A stretch of DNA of 64,000 nt, taken from positions 5,382-69,381 of the forward strand of contig CAYPAI010000003.1 of assembly GCA_964408705.1 (NCBI GenBank). Direction: 5' to 3'. The position numbers were made by a program, and so were the translations under genes. The stretch comes from Candidatus Woesearchaeota archaeon (GTDB lineage: Archaea; Nanobdellota; Nanobdellia; SCGC-AAA011-G17; PNOQ01). The notes beneath the pieces were generated by a model. The model was not told the DNA's origin, did not search any database, and saw only the letters and a program-made list of their open reading frames with translations. Below are positions 36,987 through 46,450 of this stretch, one piece after another (positions within the stretch are counted from its first letter, which is position 1; each line of letters starts with the position of its first letter).

Positions 36987-38299
36987 TTTTTCTCTCTGAA
37001 TACAGGTCTTATTGAATCTCCTGTGAGGTGTTTTTTTATGTTTTCATCTTTCATTAAACATTTCATTGAAACCATGGCTTCACCATATATCTTTAATGCT
37101 AAATCTATGTCTTTTTCATTATGGGCGTAGCATGGTGCATGGTATAATCCTGCCAAAAGTCCCCTTTTCATACATTCTTGCTGAAATAAACTTTTAAACT
37201 CAAGATTTTCGATATCTAAATCATTGCTGTCCACTTCTATATCTGTCCAAGGAGCATATCCTTCGCACCAAAAATAATTTTTCAAGTTTAATTCTTCTGA
37301 TTTTTTGTTAAATCCGTCCTTGAGTTTAGAACCCATATGCCATATATGATCTATTATGTTATTTTTTTTAATTAAATCTATACATTTTATTGCTCCAGCT
37401 AATGATGCGCATTCTCCTCCAAAAGTTGATGAAAAAAATACTCCATCGAAAGTAAAATTATCCATTAGTTCAGCCTTTCCAACTAATGCAGATATCGGCA
37501 TCCCATTACCTATTGCTTTTCCAAATGTTGCTAAGTCTGGAGTTACGTTAAAATATTTTTGTGCACCCCCTAAACTAAATCTAAATCCAGTTATAATTTC
37601 ATCAAATATATATATTGCACCATGTTTGTGTGTCAATTCTTTTGATTTTTGTAAGAAATTATCTTTGGGTTCAGAAAGCTGTACTGGTTCCAATATTACT
37701 GCGGCTATCTCATTTGGATGTTCTCTAAATAGTTTTTTTAAAGATTCTAAGTTATTGTACTCAAATTTTAAAGTTAATTCTCTTATCTCATTTGGTATCC
37801 CTTTTTTCCTGTTCGTAGTCCCTATAAACCAATCATGAAATCCATGATATCCTCCGACTGCTATTTTTTTTCTTCCAGTTACTGCTCTTGCTAATCTTAT
37901 TGCCATAGTTGTTACATCTGATCCATTTTTTGCAAATTTAACTCTTTCAGCACAAGGAATATTTTCAATTAGTTTTTTTGCAGCCTCATTTTCTATAGGG
38001 CTTGGCATTGGAAAAAGTAATCCTTTTTTTAACTGATTAGTTATTGCTTTGTTAAATTCTTCATTATTATATCCTAAAATTGCAGGAAATCCTCCTGGTG
38101 CTAAATCTAGGAATTTATTCCCATCTACATCCCAGACATAACAACCCTCTCCCCTTTCTAAAAATTTAGGAGATGAGTTTGATACGTATTGAGTAGATCC
38201 ATGGCTTAAGGTATGGCACTGTGCAGGGATCGTAGTTTTTGCTTCAGAAAATATTTCTTCAGATTTTTTGTAATTATAATTTTTTAAATATTCATCCAT
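36983..38299 (-). CDS. Class III PLP aminotransferase (glutamate-1-semialdehyde aminomutase-like)
   Basis: WDVDGN, KNGSD, GYHG.HDW, ILEP, FDEIITGFR, PDLATFGKAIGNG.P, SSTFGG. Confidence 0.88.
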   Translation of the reverse strand: MDEYLKNYNYKKSEEIFSEAKTTIPAQCHTLSHGSTQYVSNSSPKFLERGEGCYVWDVDGNKFLDLAPGGFPAILGYNNEEFNKAITNQLKKGLLFPMPSPIENEAAKKLIENIPCAERVKFAKNGSDVTTMAIRLARAVTGRKKIAVGGYHGFHDWFIGTTNRKKGIPNEIRELTLKFEYNNLESLKKLFREHPNEIAAVILEPVQLSEPKDNFLQKSKELTHKHGAIYIFDEIITGFRFSLGGAQKYFNVTPDLATFGKAIGNGMPISALVGKAELMDNFTFDGVFFSSTFGGECASLAGAIKCIDLIKKNNIIDHIWHMGSKLKDGFNKKSEELNLKNYFWCEGYAPWTDIEVDSNDLDIENLEFKSLFQQECMKRGLLAGLYHAPCYAHNEKDIDLALKIYGEAMVSMKCLMKDENIKKHLTGDSIRPVFREKK

Positions 38300-39026
38300 C
38301 TTGAGTTTCCTCCTTCATAATTAGTTCTGCTAACTTGAATTGAATAATATCATCTATTTCTATACTTCTTTTTTTTGGCATCAAAACTATTTTTGTTTTT
38401 AAGTGACTGTTTTCCCCATATGGATTAAATATTTTTGTGTTTGGGTCAAATAAGGTGTTATAAGTTATAGCATATACACCACCATTTATTATTAATTTAT
38501 TAAACTTATCATCTTGTCTTCTACTGTTTAATTTTTCTGTGTTTTCATATGGCTCAATATATCCATCTAATTTTTTAACCATTATGTCTGAGTTATCTAT
38601 TTCAAAAGGTGTAACTCCTACTACTGTGTTGACATCCTCTTTTTTTATTTCTTTAATTGCATTTTCAATATCTTCAATACTTCTTAGTGGGCTTGTCGGT
38701 TCTAATAAAATTATATACTCATAATGTTCCCCATTTTTTTCAAGGAATTTAGTTGCATGTCTTACTACTTCCATTGATGATGCACTATCTGTAGCTAAGT
38801 GTTCTGGCCTAATAAATGGTACTTCTGCACCATATTTTTTAGATATTTCTGCAATTTCCAAGTCATCTGTTGATACTATAGTTTTGTCTATTGATCTACA
38901 TTTGAGGGATTTTTCTATAGTATGGGCTATAAGTGGTTTTTTATTAAACTTTTTAATGTTTTTTCTAGGAATTCCTTTTGATCCGCCCCTTGCAGGTATT
39001 ACTGCTAATACTTTATTTTTTTCCAT
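38292..39026 (-). CDS. neuA: CMP-nonulosonate synthetase (NeuA-like cytidylyltransferase)
   Basis: IPARGGSKGIPRKN, VSTD, PFIRP..LATD, PTSPLR, NGGVY, EIDD. Confidence 0.92.
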   Translation of the reverse strand: MEKNKVLAVIPARGGSKGIPRKNIKKFNKKPLIAHTIEKSLKCRSIDKTIVSTDDLEIAEISKKYGAEVPFIRPEHLATDSASSMEVVRHATKFLEKNGEHYEYIILLEPTSPLRSIEDIENAIKEIKKEDVNTVVGVTPFEIDNSDIMVKKLDGYIEPYENTEKLNSRRQDDKFNKLIINGGVYAITYNTLFDPNTKIFNPYGENSHLKTKIVLMPKKRSIEIDDIIQFKLAELIMKEETQDG

Positions 39027-40020
39027 TTTTTACTGATATTTGTTTTTTTTCTTTAGAACTTTCTTCAATTAGTTCTAAAATTTTTAGATTATAAAGATCT
39101 TCTTCTAAAGGATAAGGATATTTTGTTTTATTGTTTAGTGCAGAAATAAAACTTTTCATTTCTTCAATGTAGGGTTCTTCCTTATGGATGTATCCTTTTT
39201 CAATAGTTCCAGTTTCTTCACTATACTTTTTCCATTTTTTGTCTTTAGTTGTATAAACTTTGACTTGATTTTCTTTTTTATCCCATATGATTGTTCCTTT
39301 TTCCCCAATTATCTTTAATGATCTTTCAGGAATTCTTGAAATAACATCAACTATGATATTTCCTAAGGTATGTTCAAATCTTAAACTTATATTATATGTG
39401 TCCTCATAGTTTATATCTAGTGTTGAAAATTTACCTTTCATACAGTTTAAACTGTATATTTTTCCAAAAATCCAAGTTAGCCAAGTAAGTTCTCCAGGTA
39501 TTATTTCCCTACAGCCTCCAACTTCTTTATCTGACATGAAAAATTCATTAAAATTTTCCCAAGGGTGCCAATCTGGAAGATACTGTCCAACATGATAATT
39601 AAATGAGGAAACATTTCCTATTGTTTTTTTGTCCATTATCTGTTTAATCTTTTTAATTGATTCTAAGTTCCTCATATCATGTGATGCTGCAGCAAGTATA
39701 TTTTTTTCTTTTGCTAATTTAACAACTTTGTCTAATCCATTATTGATTATATTTAGTTCTGTAAAGAAAGGTTTATTTGCTTCTAATGATTTTTTTGCAT
39801 ACTCTGAATGATGTTGAGGAGGTGTAGATATAATTACAGCATCAGGGTCTTTACTCATGGCTTTTTGAAAATTATCAAATGTTTTTATCCCCATGCTCTC
39901 TACTTCCTTACGCCTATCTTCTCTTATATCAAATCCAATTATGTTGTTTTGTTTTAAGAATTTTAAATTTCTTATTCTTCTCTTTCCCATAGATCCTAAT
40001 CCTGCTATTAGAAATTTCAT
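39013..40020 (-). CDS. Gfo/Idh/MocA oxidoreductase
   Basis: GLGSMGKRR Rossmann motif; STPP..H; GQYLPDWHPWE. Confidence 0.85.
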   Translation of the reverse strand: MKFLIAGLGSMGKRRIRNLKFLKQNNIIGFDIREDRRKEVESMGIKTFDNFQKAMSKDPDAVIISTPPQHHSEYAKKSLEANKPFFTELNIINNGLDKVVKLAKEKNILAAASHDMRNLESIKKIKQIMDKKTIGNVSSFNYHVGQYLPDWHPWENFNEFFMSDKEVGGCREIIPGELTWLTWIFGKIYSLNCMKGKFSTLDINYEDTYNISLRFEHTLGNIIVDVISRIPERSLKIIGEKGTIIWDKKENQVKVYTTKDKKWKKYSEETGTIEKGYIHKEEPYIEEMKSFISALNNKTKYPYPLEEDLYNLKILELIEESSKEKKQISVKNGKK

Positions 40021-40268
40021 AGTTTTACCTCTATAATTTGGTTTAGTTCTATTACTAGTTTTTCTTTTTGTTCATTAGACAGACCATGGGTCTCCATAGC
40101 TTCACCAAGTGTTTCTTTCCAGCTTCTCCTTCTACACATTGAACAGTAAAGGCCATACCTTCCCATGATCTTGCTTAAAATTTCATTGTCTGTAGATAAT
40201 ATTTTTTCTATAGGTGTATTTTTGTTTATGTTACTAGTATTTTCTTTTTTTATTTCTTTATCTTTCAT
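40017..40268 (-). CDS. DUF1858-like small CxxC protein
   Basis: GLYCSMC...ETLGEAMETHGL...LVIELN. Confidence 0.65.
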   Translation of the reverse strand: MKDKEIKKENTSNINKNTPIEKILSTDNEILSKIMGRYGLYCSMCRRRSWKETLGEAMETHGLSNEQKEKLVIELNQIIEVKL

Positions 40269-41859
40269 AGTTTTTTATTATGTCCTTTATTTCCTTTATG
40301 ATCCTAGTTGTTGTCTTTCCATCTAATTTATAGCAATATTTTTTTATAAATTCCTTATTCTCCTTGTTTAATTTCTCTTTATATCTTTTATTAAATAGAA
40401 TTTTTTTGCTTTCTTTGTATAATTCTTCTGGTTTTTTAATTTTAGGGATTCCTTTGCTGTTTTTGTGAAAAACTCCATCCTTATCTATCATCTCACATGG
40501 ATAAATATCTATAAGTACTACTGGTTTTTTTAGAATACTAGCTTCCCATATTACTGAAGAGTAAAATGTTATTAACATATCTGAGTTTTTGATTAAAGAG
40601 TATAGGTGTTTTTTTCCTAGTTTTGCCTTTTTTATCTTGAAGTTTGTTAAATTTTTATTTTTAATTATTTTCGAGTATTCTACTATATTTTTTTCAAGAG
40701 GATGTGGTTTTATGATTATGTCATATCCCTCTATTTTTGATAATTTTTCTAGATATTTAGATATGTGTTTGAAGTATTTATCTTTTGAAATTACGTTTTC
40801 TTCAACCATAGGAGAGGTGCTGAATAAGATATATTTTTTCTTCTTTTTTTTATCTTCTGTTTTTGAAAATCTTATGAGTTTATTGTTAAAAATACTTCCA
40901 ACTACTCTTATTTGGTTTTTATTTGCACCTTTAGCTATGAACATTTTTTTTTGTAATTCGCCTGCTGTAAGAATGTGATGTGTATTTGGTAAATCCCATC
41001 TATATCCTGTAAGTCCGATTCCGTGAGAGATAGTTATACTTGGAATATTTAATTTATCTGAGGAGTATACTAGACACCTATCAGTTATATTATTTGGGGC
41101 ATAGAGGATTGATCCTTTAGTATTATTAATTTTTAATATTTTTTTGAAAGTTTCATAGTATAATATGGTAATAAATATCATTTCTTTTGAAAAAAAGAAG
41201 TTAAATGAATCATGATATATGTTAAATATTTGTTTATTTAATCCAGAAAATCTTATTTTTTTATTAACTATTTTCCAGTTATTAGATATTATTTTAGAAG
41301 CTAATTTAGCTTTTTTAATTTCTTTTAAGCCAACAAAACTGTTTAATAAATTTTTATGCTTTAATATGGAAAAGGAAATTTTTTCAGATAAGGGACTGAT
41401 TATGACCATATTTTTTTTTAAAGTTTTTTCCTTATCTATCAAGTTTAATACTTCTTCTATTCTGTCTATTTTATGTTTATGCTTGGTGAAAGATATTGCA
41501 TTAGTGTGTATTTGAAATAAGAGGTTTGAGTTCATATTTTTATTTAATCTTTTTTCTGTTAGTTTAGATAGTATTATTTTTCCAATTTCATTAAATAAAA
41601 TTCCTTTCCTTCTTAAATAATTTTTTAATCTTTTTCTTTTTGAATGTTTTTTTCTAATTAGTTTTATAATTGTAGAATCAAAATTATTAAAACCAGGGGG
41701 TAACATATTTCTTGCAAATCTTCTCCTATAGAAATTATCCCAAATAGAGTATCCATCATGTTTGAAATATTCTGAGAATTTAATTTCTCCGATTTTCTTG
41801 GTGGAAAGTTTATCAAAAAAATCTTCTAATTTACTGTATAATTCCTTTTTTAATTGCAT
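40258..41859 (-). CDS. GT-B fold glycosyltransferase (sialyltransferase/CDP-glycerol glycerophosphotransferase-like)
   Basis: SHG, IKPHP.E, SS...EA..L.KPV, DGK.T.RI motifs; adjacent to neuA. Confidence 0.65.
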   Translation of the reverse strand: MQLKKELYSKLEDFFDKLSTKKIGEIKFSEYFKHDGYSIWDNFYRRRFARNMLPPGFNNFDSTIIKLIRKKHSKRKRLKNYLRRKGILFNEIGKIILSKLTEKRLNKNMNSNLLFQIHTNAISFTKHKHKIDRIEEVLNLIDKEKTLKKNMVIISPLSEKISFSILKHKNLLNSFVGLKEIKKAKLASKIISNNWKIVNKKIRFSGLNKQIFNIYHDSFNFFFSKEMIFITILYYETFKKILKINNTKGSILYAPNNITDRCLVYSSDKLNIPSITISHGIGLTGYRWDLPNTHHILTAGELQKKMFIAKGANKNQIRVVGSIFNNKLIRFSKTEDKKKKKKYILFSTSPMVEENVISKDKYFKHISKYLEKLSKIEGYDIIIKPHPLEKNIVEYSKIIKNKNLTNFKIKKAKLGKKHLYSLIKNSDMLITFYSSVIWEASILKKPVVLIDIYPCEMIDKDGVFHKNSKGIPKIKKPEELYKESKKILFNKRYKEKLNKENKEFIKKYCYKLDGKTTTRIIKEIKDIIKNYER

Positions 41860-43060
41860 TTTTTAATTTTGCTCTCCTTATAGATTTGCTTATTACTAAA
41901 AATAATTTATGTGCAAATGATTTAGTAATTAAATAATCAAATTTCATGATTGGTTTAAAATAAAACTTATTTTTGTTAAGAAAATCTATTTCTTCCCTAT
42001 ATAGCTTAAATCTTTTATTTAATACTTTCAGATATTCCTTTTTAATCTTAAAATTTTTTAAAGATTTATGTTTTATTAAATAGTCAAGGTAAATTCTTTG
42101 GTAAAAAAATTCTATAGGTAATACTGAATTTATTTCTTTTGTTTTTTTATAGATTCGGTTAGTTTTTTCGAATGAATCTTTTGAATCCCATTTTTTCAAG
42201 AATATACAGCTGTGTTCTTTTTCGATAAAAATGGCTATTTTTAAGTTTGAGTTAATGAATTTATTTTTTTTATATTCTTTTTTTAATTCTTCTATTAAGA
42301 AATAATTAAAAATTATGTTTTTTTTCATAATTTTGATAAGAGTGTCATATTTTTTGGGACCTAGTTTAAACCAATCTCTTCTTAATTTGTCTATACTGAG
42401 CATGTGTTTTTCCCATTCTGGGTACTTTTTGTTTGTTATTTCTTTCAATAGGTGCAAAGGATATTTCATGGAATTAAGTCTAGATAATACATTCCGTATA
42501 GGAATTTCCAATTTTCCTAAATTTATACCAAAAAGTTTAGATATTTCTTTAAAAATATATGAATATTTATTATTTGTTTTTATTTTCTTTTCTAAAAAGT
42601 ATCTTGTAAACTCTCTTGGCCAGTGAAAATTTATGTAGTCAGTTAATATTATTGTAGAGATTATTTTTTTATTTTTTATTTTTTTTATTTTTATGCTATT
42701 CCCATGCAACTTTTTTATAGAGAATACTGGGAATAAGTAATTTAATTCTGAAAAGTTTTTTTCACTTATCATTAAAGGATGGTGCATAATCAAGTAAGGA
42801 TGGGTCTTCATTGATTTTTCGATATAAGTTATGGTATTTTTTGTATCTACAATTTTATTTTTTAGTACAACTATAAAATCTAAGTCAGACATACCTAGTC
42901 TTGATACTTCACCGATTTGGTATATTGCACTAACATCTTTAGATTTTGAAACATATCTAATGAAATCTTTTTTTGCTTTATCATAATCAAGATTATTACG
43001 TTTTTTTGGAACATCTCTAAAGGTGAAGTTATCTTTTTGAATATCATTAAAAATTTTCAT
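41831..43060 (-). CDS. Uncharacterised nucleotidyltransferase-fold protein
   Basis: AIYQIGEVSRLGMSDLDFIVV matches a pol-beta hG[GS]x(n)DhD-like motif. Confidence 0.55.
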   Translation of the reverse strand: MKIFNDIQKDNFTFRDVPKKRNNLDYDKAKKDFIRYVSKSKDVSAIYQIGEVSRLGMSDLDFIVVLKNKIVDTKNTITYIEKSMKTHPYLIMHHPLMISEKNFSELNYLFPVFSIKKLHGNSIKIKKIKNKKIISTIILTDYINFHWPREFTRYFLEKKIKTNNKYSYIFKEISKLFGINLGKLEIPIRNVLSRLNSMKYPLHLLKEITNKKYPEWEKHMLSIDKLRRDWFKLGPKKYDTLIKIMKKNIIFNYFLIEELKKEYKKNKFINSNLKIAIFIEKEHSCIFLKKWDSKDSFEKTNRIYKKTKEINSVLPIEFFYQRIYLDYLIKHKSLKNFKIKKEYLKVLNKRFKLYREEIDFLNKNKFYFKPIMKFDYLITKSFAHKLFLVISKSIRRAKLKNAIKKGIIQ

Positions 43061-44262
43061 TATTTCTCCTTTCTTAATTTTTTTTCCATCTTTGTTGCTA
43101 AGCTATCTGAAGCTATGATTAGTTTTTTCTTTTGTTTATCTAACTTAATAGGTTGTAAGTATGTTATCAAAGATGGTAGGTGTGGATTCCCTAATTTTGC
43201 CATTACTTTTAATATTTTTTTTAAAAGTTTATTCTCTTCTTTCCAGTTTTTCCTTATTTCTGTTGCCAAATCTATTGGTTCCCAATAATCAGTAAATTCT
43301 TTTTTAGCTGTATTGAAAGATTTTTTTTTATGAATATGGTGTCCTTTAGCTTGAAGATATAGTGTTGGAAGTAATAAGAGTTTAGATAAAAATAGTTTCC
43401 ATTGATATTTATTTTTTATTTTTATTTTATTATTTTTTACTTTGTTAAAATATTCTGTAAATTTTAAAAATATTTTTTTTCTTTCATCAAAATCATCTAA
43501 TACATCAAATTTTAATTCCTTTTTTCGGTTAGTTATTGCAATACAATGTTTGAATAGGTTTATTGGAAAATAATTTTGAGGATAGTTTTTCATTTCTTGT
43601 TCCAGAATTATTGAAAAACCATGGTGTTGTGCTGAGTCTAGAGTATAGAATTTGGATCTTAGTTTGGCAACTTCTTTCCTTAAACTAATTATTTTTTTCC
43701 ATTTCCAAGTGGTTTTTTCTTTTATTATAATCAGTGTATCAAGATCACTAAACCCTTTATAGTAATCTAAGGTAGACATACTTCCCTGTAAATAAATTCC
43801 ATCTACCCACTTTGATAAATCTTTAGATTTTTCTTCTATTTTGAATATGGGTTTTAAAAATTCTTTATCATTTGTTCTATTTTTCCAGTCATAGTAGTTT
43901 ATTATATCTTTTTTATTAATTATTTTTTTTGTTTTTGATAGGTTTAATGTAATAATTTGCTCATAAAATTCTTGTATTAGTAAGCTAATTATTTTTGAAT
44001 ATTTCTTAGAACTGAGATTTTTGTTTTTATTAGATTTGACTATCACATAACTGTATCTTAATATGTTGTTATATTCTTTGTTTATAGTTTTTATTTCTTT
44101 TAGAAGATGAGTTAGGTCATTTTTTGTTGTATCTATCATTGGGAAAAATAATTTGCTGCTAATTGTTAAGTTATCTAGATTTATGAACTCCTTAATTCTT
44201 TTGTGTAAACTGTTTTGATAGTTTAAGATTACATTTATTCTTGACATTTTTATTATCTTCAT
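43060..44262 (-). CDS. Uncharacterised nucleotidyltransferase-fold protein
   Basis: IYLQGSMSTLDYYKGFSDLDTLIII; downstream QHHG and LLLPTLYLQ motifs. Confidence 0.6.
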   Translation of the reverse strand: MKIIKMSRINVILNYQNSLHKRIKEFINLDNLTISSKLFFPMIDTTKNDLTHLLKEIKTINKEYNNILRYSYVIVKSNKNKNLSSKKYSKIISLLIQEFYEQIITLNLSKTKKIINKKDIINYYDWKNRTNDKEFLKPIFKIEEKSKDLSKWVDGIYLQGSMSTLDYYKGFSDLDTLIIIKEKTTWKWKKIISLRKEVAKLRSKFYTLDSAQHHGFSIILEQEMKNYPQNYFPINLFKHCIAITNRKKELKFDVLDDFDERKKIFLKFTEYFNKVKNNKIKIKNKYQWKLFLSKLLLLPTLYLQAKGHHIHKKKSFNTAKKEFTDYWEPIDLATEIRKNWKEENKLLKKILKVMAKLGNPHLPSLITYLQPIKLDKQKKKLIIASDSLATKMEKKLRKEK

Positions 44263-44350
44263 TCATTAGATTAATTTAAAACGTTTATTATATAGAGATT
44301 CATGGTTGTTTTTGAATAAACTTATAAAATTTAAGGTATAGCTTTTGAAG

Positions 44351-45331
44351 ATGAATCCAGAAGTATCAATAATCATTGTGACATGGAATCAGCCTAGTTA
44401 TACTATTCCTTGTGTAAGGTCTGTTCTTCAGCAAACTGGAAGTTTTGAGGTCATTATAGTAGATAATGGGTCTAAAGACGATTCAATTAGGAAGTATAGG
44501 GATAACTTTGGAAAAAATGGAAAAGTTAAGATTATAGCTTCTAATAGAAACTTGGGGTATGCTGGTGGAAATAATCTTGGAGTAAAAAAAAGTAAGGGTA
44601 AATATATTGTTATTTTGAATAATGATACTACTGTAGAACAAAACTGGTTAAATGAGCTTATCAAACCCTTAAAAGAGGATGAGGATGTTGGTGCAGTTAA
44701 TTCACATGAGATTAGGAATGGCAAAAGAATAAGTATAAATTATTTTAAAAATTTTGAGGTTAAAATGAATGTGCTTCAGTATGGGGTTAAACAAAAAAGA
44801 AAAAAGCAATTAAAAGATTTAGAAATTATCGATTCTGGAAGTATAAAAGGTGCTTGTTTTGCATACAGGAGAGAACTTATTGGGATCCCATTCGATAAAG
44901 ATTATTTTATCTACGGGGAAGATACTAAACTGGGATGGATTATAAAATGTAAAGGATATAAGATTAAGACTGCCATTAAGTCTGTATTTAACCATCATCA
45001 TAATGTTACACGTAAGGAAAATAAAACTTTCAATAAACATGCGGCATTTTTAGGTGAGAGAAATATGATTATGAATTTACTTACTTTTTATAATCTTTTT
45101 AATACTCTTAGGATTATTCCATTTTTAATTTTAAGAATATTTGTTATAAATATTTTACAACCTAGAGATATTTTTATGAGAATTAAGGCATATCTGTGGT
45201 TGTGTTTAAACTTAAAATTAGTTTTTAAAAAAAGAAAAGAAATTTCTTTCTTAAAAATCAACAAAGACAAAGAATTATTTAAGGATCTGACTTGGAAATT
45301 TTTTTCACGTACCTCAGAGGATTACAATTAA
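44351..45331 (+). CDS. GT2 glycosyltransferase (rhamnosyltransferase-like)
   Basis: SIIIVTWN, VDNGSKD, NLGYAGGNN, LNND, FIYGED. Confidence 0.88.
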   Translation: MNPEVSIIIVTWNQPSYTIPCVRSVLQQTGSFEVIIVDNGSKDDSIRKYRDNFGKNGKVKIIASNRNLGYAGGNNLGVKKSKGKYIVILNNDTTVEQNWLNELIKPLKEDEDVGAVNSHEIRNGKRISINYFKNFEVKMNVLQYGVKQKRKKQLKDLEIIDSGSIKGACFAYRRELIGIPFDKDYFIYGEDTKLGWIIKCKGYKIKTAIKSVFNHHHNVTRKENKTFNKHAAFLGERNMIMNLLTFYNLFNTLRIIPFLILRIFVINILQPRDIFMRIKAYLWLCLNLKLVFKKRKEISFLKINKDKELFKDLTWKFFSRTSEDYN

Positions 45332-46449
45332 TATATTTTTTTTAATATCTCGATTAAGTTTTGCTTTTTGATTCTTCTTGGATTATTTTTCATTCTGTCT
45401 TTGTTAAATCCATTGTTTATAATGATATCAATATCTTTCTTTGTATTAATTTTTAGACTATTTAGTGAAGTTTCTAAATTAATTTTTTTTAATAATTTTT
45501 TTAAGTCTTGCCTAGGATTTTTGAATTTTGTTAAATCTTTTAATTTGTCCATAGTTTGTTTTACATATTTTAAACCCCGAATATCTTCGCAATCCTTAGA
45601 GTTTGTTTTTAAATTATATTCAAATATTTCTCCTAGGGTTAATGAAACTGCATGTCCATGAGGGATCCCAAAATAGGAAGTTAATGGGTAGGAGATTGAA
45701 TGACATGCTGTAGTTTGAGATATATTTATTGCTTTTCCTGCTAAGTTAGATGCTTTTGACATCATAATCCTATTTTTCTTACTTGGATTGTTTACTGCAT
45801 CTTCAATGTTTTCTATAGTTAGAGTTATTGCTTTTTTTGCATACATTTTAGATTCTTCTGTAGATTTAATTGACCAGTAACTCTCTATGGCCTGACTTAA
45901 TGCATCCATTCCAGTACTTGCAGTGATATGTGGTGGCAGATTAAATGTTAATTCAGGATCAATTATGGAATAATCTGGTAATATCTTTTTGTTATTTAAT
46001 GAATGTTTATTTTTTCCAATATACACTGTAGCAAATTGAGTTGCTTCGCTTCCAGTTCCCGAAGTTGTGGGGATTGCAATTAATTTATTGTTTTTTTTAA
46101 TTAGACTTTTATTTTTTAGAATATAACTTATTGGGTTTTCTTTTTGATAAGCTAGAATATTTATCGATTTTGCTATATCTATCACGCTACCTCCGCCAAT
46201 TGCAATAATCATATCATAATCTTTTTTATTGTATTCTTTAATTCCTTTTTCTATATCTTTTAATTTGTTATTTTTTGAAAAATTGTTAAATTGAGTAAAA
46301 TTATAACTGGATAAAATATTTTCTAATTTTTGTTTTATTTTGCTGTATGATCTTTTACCAGTAATTAAAAAAATATTTTTAGAATTCTCCTTTTTTAAGA
46401 TATCCTCTAAATGGTGTATACTTCCTGTTCCAAAATATTCTTTTTGCAT
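45328..46449 (-). CDS. Phosphonoacetaldehyde reductase (Fe-dependent alcohol dehydrogenase, PhpC/FomC-like)
   Basis: GGGSVID, PTTSGTGSEAT, DALSQAIES.WS, AINISQTTACH, PHGHA; directly downstream of aepY. Confidence 0.85.
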   Translation of the reverse strand: MQKEYFGTGSIHHLEDILKKENSKNIFLITGKRSYSKIKQKLENILSSYNFTQFNNFSKNNKLKDIEKGIKEYNKKDYDMIIAIGGGSVIDIAKSINILAYQKENPISYILKNKSLIKKNNKLIAIPTTSGTGSEATQFATVYIGKNKHSLNNKKILPDYSIIDPELTFNLPPHITASTGMDALSQAIESYWSIKSTEESKMYAKKAITLTIENIEDAVNNPSKKNRIMMSKASNLAGKAINISQTTACHSISYPLTSYFGIPHGHAVSLTLGEIFEYNLKTNSKDCEDIRGLKYVKQTMDKLKDLTKFKNPRQDLKKLLKKINLETSLNSLKINTKKDIDIIINNGFNKDRMKNNPRRIKKQNLIEILKKIY

Positions 46450-46450
46450 T

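Noticed and set aside
36983..38299. hemL / tetrapyrrole biosynthesis
   Set aside because: No other hem genes; the gene is coupled to neuA inside a sugar operon, so a sugar-tailoring aminotransferase is more likely.
41831..44262. CBASS/CD-NTase or MNT-HEPN defence system
   Set aside because: No recognisable effector or HEPN Rx4-6H partner; the genes are operonic with glycan genes. Not fully excluded without a structure search.
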